Shown one piece after another: positions 17,239 to 26,470 of a stretch of 46,976 nucleotides of DNA. This DNA comes from a virus (lineage: Duplodnaviria > Caudoviricetes). Position numbers and translations under genes: made by a program. The notes below the pieces were generated by a model that saw only the letters and a list, made by a program, of their open reading frames with translations, was not told the origin of the DNA and did no database searches. Every line of letters begins with the position of its first letter. Position 1 is the stretch's first letter. The DNA lies in the IMG/VR virus record IMGVR_UViG_3300036779_000030, positions 1 to 46,976 of that record; one strand, given 5' to 3'.

Positions 17239-17373
17239 GTGACTTCGAAGACCGGCAACATCATCGTCAACGTCTTCCTGGCAGTAGTGATATCAATTGC
17301 CACACTGCTAATCCTGTCTCTACTAACCATAGTCATGTTCCCCGGAATCGTCAATCACTTCATTCACGGGTAG
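17239..17373 (+). CDS. Small membrane protein
   Basis: AGGAG RBS, GTG start, one long hydrophobic helix. Confidence 0.6.
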   Translation: MTSKTGNIIVNVFLAVVISIATLLILSLLTIVMFPGIVNHFIHG

Positions 17374-17378
17374 GAACA

Positions 17379-18116
17379 ATGTCGACAATCGGCGTCATTC
17401 CGACAAGAAAAATTCTCGTATCGCGCTACGGCTTTTCCCCGGCAAACGCACGATTCATTACCGGGTACACGATAGATGACGTGCGAAAACCGTCAAAAGA
17501 ATGGAAGGTTCCGAATTCGGATGGCTTCATTACCCTCCGTTATGTCGATCCGGGCCGATTCGAGCTAGAGGACCACACCGAAAGTTCATCGAGAAAGGGG
17601 GTAGCCATCCTACCGCGTCCGGAGTATAATCGGAAGGGTAACGCGAAAGTGCCCCACCCCAGAAGGGATTCCCCCATGCCAGCCGCACGAGGACGCAGAG
17701 CCGCCCAGGTCGCACCGCCAGAGCCTGAGCCCGAAGAGAATGGCCAGGTCGACTTCCAGCGATACCTGGACAAGGACCTGTCCCCGACGATGACCGACTA
17801 CGTGACCTGGTTCGAGGACAACGTCGCCGCCCTGGAGGATGTCCCCGTGGACAAGCTCCTGTCGCTCGGCTCCGCCCTGTACCCGCACTTCCAGAAGTCC
17901 GAGTTCAATCTCAGTCAGCGCGAAGCGCGCAAGTCCGAACGTGCCGCGCGGGAACCGGAACCCGAGCCTGAGCCTGAGCCCGAACCGGTCAAGCGCGGTC
18001 GCGGGCGTCCGTCCAACGCATCCAAGGCGGCAGCAGCAGCACCGGCACCAGCCCCAGCTCCCGCACGGCGCGGTCGCGGTCGTCCCCCGAAGGCAGCGGC
18101 AGAGGCTCCCTACTGA
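17379..18116 (+). CDS. AT-hook DNA-binding protein with FQ.S..N domain; likely second start at 17676
   Basis: RGRGRP twice; MTDYVTWF...LYPHFQKSEFN aligns by eye with 4039..4506; internal promoter and RBS. Confidence 0.8.
   Translation: MSTIGVIPTRKILVSRYGFSPANARFITGYTIDDVRKPSKEWKVPNSDGFITLRYVDPGRFELEDHTESSSRKGVAILPRPEYNRKGNAKVPHPRRDSPMPAARGRRAAQVAPPEPEPEENGQVDFQRYLDKDLSPTMTDYVTWFEDNVAALEDVPVDKLLSLGSALYPHFQKSEFNLSQREARKSERAAREPEPEPEPEPEPVKRGRGRPSNASKAAAAAPAPAPAPARRGRGRPPKAAAEAPY
17602..17630 (+). promoter_or_regulatory. Intragenic promoter TAGCCA-N17-TATAAT
   Basis: Consensus -10 with 17-bp spacer; AGAAGGGA RBS before in-frame ATG 17676. Confidence 0.65.
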
Positions 18117-18118
18117 CG

Positions 18119-18231
18119 CCAAGCCCGGTCTCTCGGAAGCCCGCCCGCCGATGATTGACCGGGCTTGGTCCAAATGGAATCCTGAGCGTCCTAGACGGTG
18201 ATGTTCCACCCCGGCCTTTGCCGTCTAGGAC
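18119..18231 (+). terminator. Two long tandem hairpins
   Basis: CCAAGCCCGGTC/GACCGGGCTTGG (12 bp) and GTCCTAGACGG/CCGTCTAGGAC (11 bp). Confidence 0.6.
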
Positions 18232-18266
18232 CCTGAAGACTTCAGATGGAAAAGGGGTGATGCCAA

Positions 18267-19243
18267 ATGAATGACCTACCTACGCTACGCACCAGCGAAC
18301 GTTCAGTATTTTTAAGCGATGCCCACAACGTTGGTGGTGGGAATACCGCCAAGGTTACCGGCAGCGTTCCCCGCAAGCGGATGCCCTATGGTTTGGAATA
18401 GGCATTCACGAAGCCCTAGCGCAGTGGTACCTAAAAGGCAAACGTCGCGGTCCACATCCGGCCGATACCTGGGAAGCATGGTGCGGCGAGGAAATAGCGT
18501 TCGCGCGGACATATCTTGACGATACGTTCGATGAGCCGATATGGTATGATGCCAAGGAACTAGGCATCGCTATGCTTGAGGAATACACCGACTATTACGG
18601 CCGCGATACGCAATGGGACATAATCTCAATCGAACAGCCATTCCGTGTTCGCATCACTCGCGACGGTACGCCTATCGCCTACTTCATATCGCGATGGGAT
18701 GGTGTACTTCGCAACGCCGAAGATGGCAAGGTATACCTTCTTGAGAACAAGACTGCCTCGCAAATAACCCTCGCCTATCTTGAACTTGACGATCAGGCCG
18801 GTAGTTACTGGGCAGTAGCATCACAGCTTCTTCGATCGCAAGGCATTCTGAAGCCGAATGAGCCTATCGCGGGCATCATCTACAATTTCCTCCGTAAGGC
18901 GAAGCCGGACGAGCGCCCGATGAACGTAGATGGCCTTCATCTAAACAAAGACGGCAGCGTCTCTAAGAAACAACCTCCGCAGGCATTCGTACGCCAAGTC
19001 ATCGAACGTTCCTCGAAAGAGCAGCGAACTCAACTTGAACGGATAGCCGACGAAGTCGCCGTCATGAATGCCATCCGTAAAGGCATCCTCCCAGTAACCA
19101 AGACGGTAACGAAAGACTGTACGTACTGTCCGTTCTGGACTCCTTGTACCCTTCACGAGCGCGGTAGCGATAGCTACAAAACAGTCCTCCGGAACAACTA
19201 CAGACAAGCAGACCCGTACGCCGACATGAGGAAGGCTGCGTGA
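18267..19243 (+). CDS. PD-(D/E)xK RecB/Cas4-like exonuclease, frame break at the T5 run 18309-18313
   Basis: MNDLPTLRTSERSVF in one frame continues as KRCPQRWWWEY...GIGIHEALA...DGVL...ENKT...CTYCPF in the -1 frame. Confidence 0.8.
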
Positions 19244-19647
19244 TGTACGCAACTGGATGGATCTACCTCGCAGCCCAATACGAGCGGAAGGAGGAAATGC
19301 GCAAATACCGGGATGAACTTTCCAGCCTAGGTCTTAACGTGACATCCCGCTGGATTGACAACGAAGGGCAAGATGAAGGTCTCGGCATAAATGACCTTGA
19401 CGTAGAATACCGTAGAGGTATCCTGCCGGCCCTCACAGACACAGAAGACATCGCGCGAGCGGACGTCTTCATCATGTTCACGAACGGACTCGGCCGAGGT
19501 GGTCACCACACGGAACTCGGCATAGCGCTCGCCATGAACAAGGAGATCTTCATCATAGGCAAGCGCGAGAATGTATTCCACTGCTTGTCGGCAATCACCA
19601 TCTTCCCGGACTGGGAAACCTTCATAGTATGGCTACAGGAGCAATAA
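19240..19647 (+). CDS. Nucleoside 2-deoxyribosyltransferase-like / dNMP N-glycosidase-like protein
   Basis: IYLAA, DTEDIARAD and GHHTELGIA motifs. Confidence 0.7.
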   Translation: MMYATGWIYLAAQYERKEEMRKYRDELSSLGLNVTSRWIDNEGQDEGLGINDLDVEYRRGILPALTDTEDIARADVFIMFTNGLGRGGHHTELGIALAMNKEIFIIGKRENVFHCLSAITIFPDWETFIVWLQEQ

Positions 19648-20567
19648 TGGCACCAACACGAGGCCTGCGCGGTGCTAGGGGAGTTGCCCGCCAGTCAGCC
19701 AAGCAATCCCGAGAAGCCCCGCTCTCAATGATGGAGGCGGATGTCGAAATCAAGGTTGAGAGTCTAGCCGATTCCGGACAAAAAGCAACCAAGAACATCC
19801 TCATTCATGGACCGTCCGGCCATGGCAAAACACTACTCGCGGGCGGCGCGGCCGACGGTACCCGCAATGTCTGGTTCTTGTCGACCGAAACTGAAGGGAT
19901 CGCATCCGCGCGGTCAGTAGGCAGCCAGGCTCAGCTAATCCGCGCGCCGACATGGGAATACGCAGTAGCAGGTGTGAAGTGGGCGGAACAGAACCTTACG
20001 TCCGACGACTGGATCGCGGTCGATTCCGGCACGAAGATGCAGGAATTGTACATGCGGTGGATTCTCTCGTATGAGAACACGGTCAACCCGCTCCGTGACC
20101 TAGACATCCCGGCAATCCAGAACTACCAGAAACACCAGAACGGCTTCAAGAGGTGGGTCGATCGCCTCATCGATGGTCAGTTCAACGTAATCTTCATCAC
20201 GACTTCAATGTCGGCCGACGATGCCGAAGGTGAAGAGCGAGTCATTCCCCACCTTATAGGCAAGAAAGGCGAGATCTCGGATTATGTCTCAGCGCAGTTC
20301 TCCGTAGCACTATATTATGCCGTCGCGCGGGAATCTAGGGATATGCGCGGCCCGGTCGTCCGGCGTGCCCTAGCCCAGCCTTACCCTCCCTGGTACGCGA
20401 AGGACCGCTACATGGCCCTGGGAAAGTTCTGGGACGTTGAGGAAGGTGACTACTTCGCGATGTCCCGCATGATCGAGGCAATCGACAAGAAGGTAGCGAG
20501 CAATGCCCCGACGCGTTCCACTAGCGCCGCACGATCTACTCGTCGATCCCGAAACTCAACTAGGTGA
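19647..20567 (+). CDS. AAA_24 / Sak4-like ATPase (recombination)
   Basis: GPSGHGKT, IAVDSGT; lies between the exonuclease and SSB-like genes. Confidence 0.8.
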   Translation: MAPTRGLRGARGVARQSAKQSREAPLSMMEADVEIKVESLADSGQKATKNILIHGPSGHGKTLLAGGAADGTRNVWFLSTETEGIASARSVGSQAQLIRAPTWEYAVAGVKWAEQNLTSDDWIAVDSGTKMQELYMRWILSYENTVNPLRDLDIPAIQNYQKHQNGFKRWVDRLIDGQFNVIFITTSMSADDAEGEERVIPHLIGKKGEISDYVSAQFSVALYYAVARESRDMRGPVVRRALAQPYPPWYAKDRYMALGKFWDVEEGDYFAMSRMIEAIDKKVASNAPTRSTSAARSTRRSRNSTR

Positions 20568-20694
20568 GTGGCTCAAGAAGCACGTAGCCAAGCGTCACGC
20601 TCACCTTCGGTACGTCACGAAAGGGGAACACACCGCAGATCACCGTCTCCATCAATTCTACCTAGATCACACTCACGAAGCAGAAAGACAGTAA
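20503..20694 (+). CDS. His-rich small hypothetical protein
   Basis: Fills the gap to 20696; overlaps the low-complexity tail of the ATPase. Confidence 0.45.
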   Translation: MPRRVPLAPHDLLVDPETQLGEWLKKHVAKRHAHLRYVTKGEHTADHRLHQFYLDHTHEAERQ

Positions 20695-20695
20695 C

Positions 20696-21493
20696 ATGGT
20701 TAAGCTCCGCAGGGAAGACACCGAAGACCTGGACGTCGAGGAACTGGATGCCCTTGAGTACTCGACCGAGCAATTCGACACCTACGACGGGGAAGTGCCG
20801 CCCAAGGACATCGAGCTGTCCGGCTACGTCAAGAAGATGTGGTGGACCAGGACGCAGAACGGTGACCCGATGCTCAAGGTGCTCTGGGTCGCGGCCGAGA
20901 ACGATGGCGACTTCGAAGAGTACAACGACTGCCCGTTCTGGCTGAACTACGCCCTGATCGGCGGTGCCAAGTTCCGATGGGCACCGTTCATGGAGAACTA
21001 TGGCTTCACCCTGAAGCAGGTGAAGAACAACACTGACGTCCAGGACAAGGACGACCAGAACGGAGCGCCCATCAACAAGATCGGCAGCTTCCGCCCCGGC
21101 GAGGAAAACGACGAAGCCTGGGCGCGTATCATCACCGACCGGGAGCGGTACAACGGGGAATGGAAGTCCGCCGTCAAGGAATGGCTTCCATGGGAGGATA
21201 GTGAGGAGCCGCAGGACGAGGCAGAAGAAGAGGAGGAACCAGAAGAGGAAGAGGAGCCAGAACCCGAGCCGGAACCCGCTAGGCGCGGCGGAAGAACAAC
21301 GTCCCGCGCGGCCCGTAGCGCGCCGGAGAAGCCCGCCGCTAGGGGAGCGCGTACCGGTACCCGATCGGCGGCGAAAGAGCCGGAGAAGCCGTCTCCGCGC
21401 GGCGCGCGAGGTACCCGGACGGCTAAGCCCGCTGCCGCCCCGGCGCGCGGTCGTGGTCGTGCTCGCGGCGACAGCAACGAGCCTCCATTTTAG
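20696..21493 (+). CDS. ssDNA-binding / annealing protein-like
   Basis: Position after Sak4-like gene; OB-like core; acidic then basic tail ending EPPF. Confidence 0.65.
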   Translation: MVKLRREDTEDLDVEELDALEYSTEQFDTYDGEVPPKDIELSGYVKKMWWTRTQNGDPMLKVLWVAAENDGDFEEYNDCPFWLNYALIGGAKFRWAPFMENYGFTLKQVKNNTDVQDKDDQNGAPINKIGSFRPGEENDEAWARIITDRERYNGEWKSAVKEWLPWEDSEEPQDEAEEEEEPEEEEEPEPEPEPARRGGRTTSRAARSAPEKPAARGARTGTRSAAKEPEKPSPRGARGTRTAKPAAAPARGRGRARGDSNEPPF

Positions 21494-21574
21494 CAGACTA
21501 GCCGAAGAGATCAGGGTCATCACGGAAACTACCCACAAGGAATTCCTTGATGACCTCTGGTCCGGGAGGATTTA

Positions 21575-21937
21575 ATGGAAGGTCCACTCGACAGCATCAG
21601 GTATCTCACCGAAGTCATCCGGAGCCTGAACACAGAAAAAGGATGGCGTGAGAAGTTCGGCGGCGACATAGTGCCGCCACGTACCGGTCCTTGGTTCGCG
21701 GCGTACGTCGCCCTGGCCCAGTCGGAACTGTCGGAAGCCCTAGACGCCTACCGGAACAAGATATGGTCTGATACAATAGACCACAAGCCGGTCGGGGTAG
21801 GTCCTGAGCTAGCCGACGCGCTCATCCGGATTCTAGACATGGCCGACATCTGGGGTATCGACCTACACTATGAGCTAGAACGCGTCATCGCGTACGGCCA
21901 TACTCGACCGTACCAACATGGAGGCAGGACTCTCTAG
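21575..21937 (+). CDS. MazG-like nucleotide pyrophosphohydrolase
   Basis: ALAQSELSEALDAYR...ELADALIRILD. Confidence 0.85.
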   Translation: MEGPLDSIRYLTEVIRSLNTEKGWREKFGGDIVPPRTGPWFAAYVALAQSELSEALDAYRNKIWSDTIDHKPVGVGPELADALIRILDMADIWGIDLHYELERVIAYGHTRPYQHGGRTL

Positions 21938-22710
21938 TGGTCTGCATCATGATCCTTGGATGTGGCCCTGCAGGACTGGCGGCAGCGGAAGCTGCCGTCA
22001 GTTCCGGCCATTACGTAGTTATAGCAAGCAACAATAACGCTCCTAGCAGAATATATGGTTGTCAGTATCTTCACGCACCGGTGCCCGGATACGAATGGGT
22101 TCAACATACCCGAGTCGGCTACTGGCTAAACGGTACGCCGGAACAGTACCGACTCAAGGTTTACGGCGAGAAATGGACGGGCAAGGTTTCGCCGGAAGAC
22201 TTTGTCGGAGAACATGACGCATGGGATATTCGTGCGACGTATACAGCTATGTGGGCAAGACTCCACGAACTCAAGAAAGTACGCTTCTTGAAGATTTCCC
22301 AGATCACTAATGGCGAAATTGACAGCAACGTATACCGCTTCCATCCCGAGAAGATCATCTCGACCATACCCGCGCGAGCACTGTGTCACAACAAGGCACA
22401 TGAGTTCTCGTTCCACAATATATGGGCCATAGGCAGTACCTCCAGAGGGCTTGAAGCTGAAGACACGATCATATGTGACGGTACGGAAGACCATACATGG
22501 TACCGAAATGCCTGTGTATTCGGATACCGCACTACTGAATGGTCACATCCACCAACCGGCGGCGAGAATACGGCTACTGTCGTGAAACCACTAGCGACTA
22601 ACTGTAACTGCTATCCACATATCTACCGGATCGGCCGGTACGGAAAGTGGCAGAAGAGCTACCTAGTCCACAAAGCATACCCGGACGTAATGAGGATTCT
22701 CCGTGACTAG
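21937..22710 (+). CDS. FAD-dependent oxidoreductase (UDP-galactopyranose mutase-like features)
   Basis: ILGCGPAGL dinucleotide fold, GCQYLH, IISTIP and GRYGKW motifs. Confidence 0.7.
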   Translation: MVCIMILGCGPAGLAAAEAAVSSGHYVVIASNNNAPSRIYGCQYLHAPVPGYEWVQHTRVGYWLNGTPEQYRLKVYGEKWTGKVSPEDFVGEHDAWDIRATYTAMWARLHELKKVRFLKISQITNGEIDSNVYRFHPEKIISTIPARALCHNKAHEFSFHNIWAIGSTSRGLEAEDTIICDGTEDHTWYRNACVFGYRTTEWSHPPTGGENTATVVKPLATNCNCYPHIYRIGRYGKWQKSYLVHKAYPDVMRILRD

Positions 22711-23365
22711 CCAAATATTTAGGAACGGTGCGCTGCGCGGTGTTGTTGCTCTAGATATCGACGGCACCCTAGGCGACTACCATGGTCACTTCCTGAAGTT
22801 TGCCGAGGGATGGCTCGGCCGCACTATGCCGTCACCGGACACCATAAACCCAGGACTTCGGCTATCGGAGTTCATGAGCATAGATCATGCCGTCTACCGA
22901 AAGATCAAACTAGCTTACCGACAGGGCGGTATGAAGCGAACGATGCCGGTGTACGACGGAGCGAGCGCACTGACTGCCTGGCTCAAGGACCAGGACATCG
23001 AGATATGGATATGTACGACTCGACCGTACAATCGTTTGGACAATATTGACGAAGATACCCAGGAATGGCTAAATCGGAATCTAATTGACTTCGATGCAAT
23101 TCTATGGGATGATTCCGAAGGACATGGGAAATACCACGAACTAGTTCGGCAGGTAGGACTCAACAGAATCATAGCCGCCGTAGATGACTTGCCGGAACAA
23201 CTCCATCAAGCTCGCGCAGCCGGTATACAGAATCTATACCTTCGCGCACAGCCATACAACCTAAGAGGTTCTGACAGGGACGGCATGATTCGTGTCCATA
23301 GTCTTCCAGCACTCAAGTCATTCCTGAGTTTCCATATAGCCGCCTGGAAGGAAAAGACGGGCTAG
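22703..23365 (+). CDS. HAD-superfamily phosphatase (5'-nucleotidase-like)
   Basis: DIDGT, TTR and VDD motifs. Confidence 0.85.
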   Translation: MTSQIFRNGALRGVVALDIDGTLGDYHGHFLKFAEGWLGRTMPSPDTINPGLRLSEFMSIDHAVYRKIKLAYRQGGMKRTMPVYDGASALTAWLKDQDIEIWICTTRPYNRLDNIDEDTQEWLNRNLIDFDAILWDDSEGHGKYHELVRQVGLNRIIAAVDDLPEQLHQARAAGIQNLYLRAQPYNLRGSDRDGMIRVHSLPALKSFLSFHIAAWKEKTG

Positions 23366-23391
23366 TAATCGGCCCGCCCGCGCGGTATAAT
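23363..23391 (+). promoter_or_regulatory. Promoter TAGTAA-N17-TATAAT
   Basis: CA/TG-free intergenic patch; consensus -10. Confidence 0.75.
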
Positions 23392-23419
23392 AGAGGTAGC
23401 CGAACTAGAAAGCCGGGTA

Positions 23420-23695
23420 ATGAAGAAAACATTCTGCGATGTATGCGAAGAACAATGCATCAATACCACGATTACGATGCGCGCGGTAATGGTACATCAC
23501 ACCAGCGACGGGAAGTTTGCTGGCGAAGATGAGTATAAAGAAGTCGAGATTTGCCTAGACTGCTTCAACAAAATCAAGGAACGCGTACCGAAGGCATTCA
23601 TTCTCATCCATCGCGAATTCGTCGATGAGGAAGCAAGAATGTCACCGAGCATAACAGAAGCACCAGTTCGAGTAGAAAGTACAGGACGTGGCTGA
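23420..23695 (+). CDS. Small Zn-binding hypothetical protein
   Basis: CDVC...CLDC. Confidence 0.75.
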   Translation: MKKTFCDVCEEQCINTTITMRAVMVHHTSDGKFAGEDEYKEVEICLDCFNKIKERVPKAFILIHREFVDEEARMSPSITEAPVRVESTGRG

Positions 23696-24263
23696 GTTCC
23701 CTCATCCCATTACGCTCTGGGATCATTTCAATATCGCGATGATCCGCGACTTCGCGCAATGGCAAGATACCGAGCCGGAGCCGAGCGCGGTATACCTCCA
23801 TCTCAGCCACGGCCGTAAGCATATCGTATCGCCTCCCGGCGTCAATTGGATTCATTACGACTTCCCGGAATGGGATGCGAACAGAGGACTTATACCAGCT
23901 AACGACGAATCCGTAAGCGGTATCTTCACCTCGCACGCCATGGACCATTACGCACGTCCCATATGGTTCCTGTCCGAAGTACAGCGCGTTCTGAAGACCG
24001 GAGGCTGGTTCGTCAACATTGCCGGACACTACACCAGCGAGCTAGCACACAACTGCTTCGAACACCGTACGCGGTTCGCGATCGACGTCTGGAAGAACGC
24101 CTTCAGCGACCATTATTATGACCAGACCGGCGCGGTAGATGGCGATACCGGAATGGGATGGAAATTCGAAATCGGCTTTAACATGATCATGGGCCTGAAG
24201 GAAAACAACGTCGTCCTTGTGACGCAACTCATCAAGACCGACCACGTAGTGAGGTACGAATGA
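23688..24263 (+). CDS. Class I SAM-dependent methyltransferase-like protein
   Basis: IPANDESVSGIFTSHAMDH...EVQRVLKTGG; motif I degenerate (HLSHG). Confidence 0.65.
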   Translation: MAEFPHPITLWDHFNIAMIRDFAQWQDTEPEPSAVYLHLSHGRKHIVSPPGVNWIHYDFPEWDANRGLIPANDESVSGIFTSHAMDHYARPIWFLSEVQRVLKTGGWFVNIAGHYTSELAHNCFEHRTRFAIDVWKNAFSDHYYDQTGAVDGDTGMGWKFEIGFNMIMGLKENNVVLVTQLIKTDHVVRYE

Positions 24264-24946
24264 CCACCAACAAGTGTCTCGTTATCGGCGGTACCTCCGG
24301 CATCGGGCAAACAACGTCCGTACTAATCGCCGAGAGGATGAAGTGTGAAATAGACACACCAACGAAGGATGAGCTAGACGTCATGTACGTACTGGATGTC
24401 GAGTCGTACATCCATGCGCATGGACCATACTCACACATCGTCTACTCGGCCGGGCTCAATGGGCTTCATTGGATTAAGGATTCTGACATTTGCGCTATAA
24501 CGCACAATCTGCTCGCGGTTAACTGTACCGGATTCATCAGCACTATCTCCGAGCATATCCGCCTCTTCCCGGAAGCACCAATATCGGCCGTTGCCGTTAG
24601 CTCTGACGCCGCGCGGATTCCGATGCGCGGTTCCGTCGCCTACTGTACTTCTAAGGCCGCCTTGAACATGGCCGTGAAAACTATGGCACGAGAACTAGCA
24701 CCGCGCCACAGGATTAACGCGGTCGCGCCGGGGATGGTCGAGGATACTCCCATGACGAAGTACATTGACGAAACCCTCCCCGGATTCCGTAACTGGAGCG
24801 AGTCATTCGCTCGCAAGTATGAGAAGCGAAATACCCCTACCGGCAGAAGAGCTACCAAACAGGAAGTAGCCGAGACAATATTCTGGGTCCTTATCGGGCC
24901 GCCACAAATGACCGGCGCCATCATCGAAATCAACGGAGGCAAATGA
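24260..24946 (+). CDS. Short-chain dehydrogenase/reductase
   Basis: GGTSGIG, YCTSK, INAVAPG, INGG. Confidence 0.9.
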   Translation: MTTNKCLVIGGTSGIGQTTSVLIAERMKCEIDTPTKDELDVMYVLDVESYIHAHGPYSHIVYSAGLNGLHWIKDSDICAITHNLLAVNCTGFISTISEHIRLFPEAPISAVAVSSDAARIPMRGSVAYCTSKAALNMAVKTMARELAPRHRINAVAPGMVEDTPMTKYIDETLPGFRNWSESFARKYEKRNTPTGRRATKQEVAETIFWVLIGPPQMTGAIIEINGGK

Positions 24947-25257
24947 TGGCCACGAATGAGAAAGGGCAAAGAGGGGTAAAACCATCAAGCGTAAAAGGAC
25001 CAGATAAAACAACAACAACTCCATACGAGGGAATAAACTTGAGATGGCAAACGTGGATCACAGGAATAGATGCTATCAAGAGTGGCTATAAAAATGACTT
25101 TTTTAAAATTATACGAGATTTCCATAGGGAAACAAGTCAAGGATATATCAACAGGAATGGACCTGACAGGAGAGAAAACGCGCAGAAACAGCTAAATGAT
25201 ATGAAGGCAGATCTCGATGACCAACAACGACTACTAGATGAATGGAGCGGCAAATGA
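24943..25257 (+). CDS. A-rich hypothetical protein
   Basis: ATGA coupling on both sides. Confidence 0.6.
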   Translation: MMATNEKGQRGVKPSSVKGPDKTTTTPYEGINLRWQTWITGIDAIKSGYKNDFFKIIRDFHRETSQGYINRNGPDRRENAQKQLNDMKADLDDQQRLLDEWSGK

Positions 25258-26195
25258 TGAGCGAGTGGACTAGTCACGAGGAAATGGAGCAGGATTATAT
25301 GCCACCGACAAAGAAGAACCTTCCAATGAAGTGGGCCGACGAGGCAATGTACGCGGCGGCTCCGCTCTCGGACGGTACCGAGCCGGTACGTCCCCGCGTA
25401 ACCCTCGTATCGATGACGGCCGACCCGCTTCGGGTTATGGCAGCCGCATCGGAGTTGTACCAGGGAGGTGTCTACTCGGACCCACGACTCATCTCACACG
25501 ATCAGGCCTTGAAGTGGCTAGATGGATTCCGGAAGAGCAAGATCAGCGCTCCGCTGGAGTTCATATCCCTCCACTTCTTCATCGAAGGTGTGACGCGGGC
25601 CTTCACGCACCAGCTCGTTCGGCAACGTACGGCGGTGTTCGTCCAGGAGTCAATGCGCTTCGCGGTGAAGGAGAACGCCGCATTCGAGATAGTCATGCCT
25701 CCTAGCATATCAATCCTAGCCGAAGACCATCCTATGCGCGTCCTCTGGAAGCAGGCTGATGAATATGACGCCTGGGTATATAACTCGCTAATCGCCGGCG
25801 GAATACCAGCCGAGGATGCACGAGGCCGCCTTCCAACTAACATCGCAACTCGTATTCACTACCACACCGACCTACGCAATCTAGTCAACCAGTCCGGGAT
25901 GCGGCTCTGCTCACAAGCACAAGCCGAATGGAAGCAGGTCTGGGCCGAATTCATCAAGGCCATCCTTAGCTACGGCCCGCCGGAGGAATCCTGGCAACAG
26001 CGAGAGATCGGCAAGCTATTTAAGCCGGTCTGTTACCAGACGGGCAGCTGCGGCTTTAACGGCCCGGCCGATCGCTGGTGCGTCATCCGCGACCGGGTTA
26101 ATGCGCACTCGGCTGCCGGAGATCCCCCGGACACCTGGACAGACATAGACCCGCGCGAGCCACTAAAGGCGAACGCAGCAAGGATGCCACAGTGA
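25254..26195 (+). CDS. thyX: ThyX-like flavin-dependent thymidylate synthase homolog
   Basis: PLEF, TRAFTHQLVRQR...QESMRF, EDARGRLP and RLCSQAQAEW motifs. Confidence 0.85.
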   Translation: MMSEWTSHEEMEQDYMPPTKKNLPMKWADEAMYAAAPLSDGTEPVRPRVTLVSMTADPLRVMAAASELYQGGVYSDPRLISHDQALKWLDGFRKSKISAPLEFISLHFFIEGVTRAFTHQLVRQRTAVFVQESMRFAVKENAAFEIVMPPSISILAEDHPMRVLWKQADEYDAWVYNSLIAGGIPAEDARGRLPTNIATRIHYHTDLRNLVNQSGMRLCSQAQAEWKQVWAEFIKAILSYGPPEESWQQREIGKLFKPVCYQTGSCGFNGPADRWCVIRDRVNAHSAAGDPPDTWTDIDPREPLKANAARMPQ

Positions 26196-26470
26196 GCGAG
26201 CCGCAAGCCGAACCGGCGAAGCCGTACGACACCATCAAGACCCCCGATCAGCAAGACCACGTACACATGTGGGAAATCCTGGATGTATGGCGCCCGGCTA
26301 CGGAAGCGTATCACCCAAGGATACCACAGAGCCAGGTCACAATCGTCCTAATCAAATGTAGGACGTGTGAACTCCCACAGACCGTAGAACTCCAGGGCGT
26401 ATGGAGTCTCGGGCAAGTTCTCAAAGGCTATGCTCAATCACAACGCAAGGAGAAGGGTAATGTCCTTTAG
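26192..26470 (+). CDS. Hypothetical protein
   Basis: GTGA coupling; HxH...CxxC. Confidence 0.7.
   Translation: MSEPQAEPAKPYDTIKTPDQQDHVHMWEILDVWRPATEAYHPRIPQSQVTIVLIKCRTCELPQTVELQGVWSLGQVLKGYAQSQRKEKGNVL

Noticed and set aside
20615-21538. Long antisense ORFs (20615..21538, also 45940..46857 and 34094..34870)
   Set aside because: Shadow frames of real genes on the opposite strand, with no RBS or motifs
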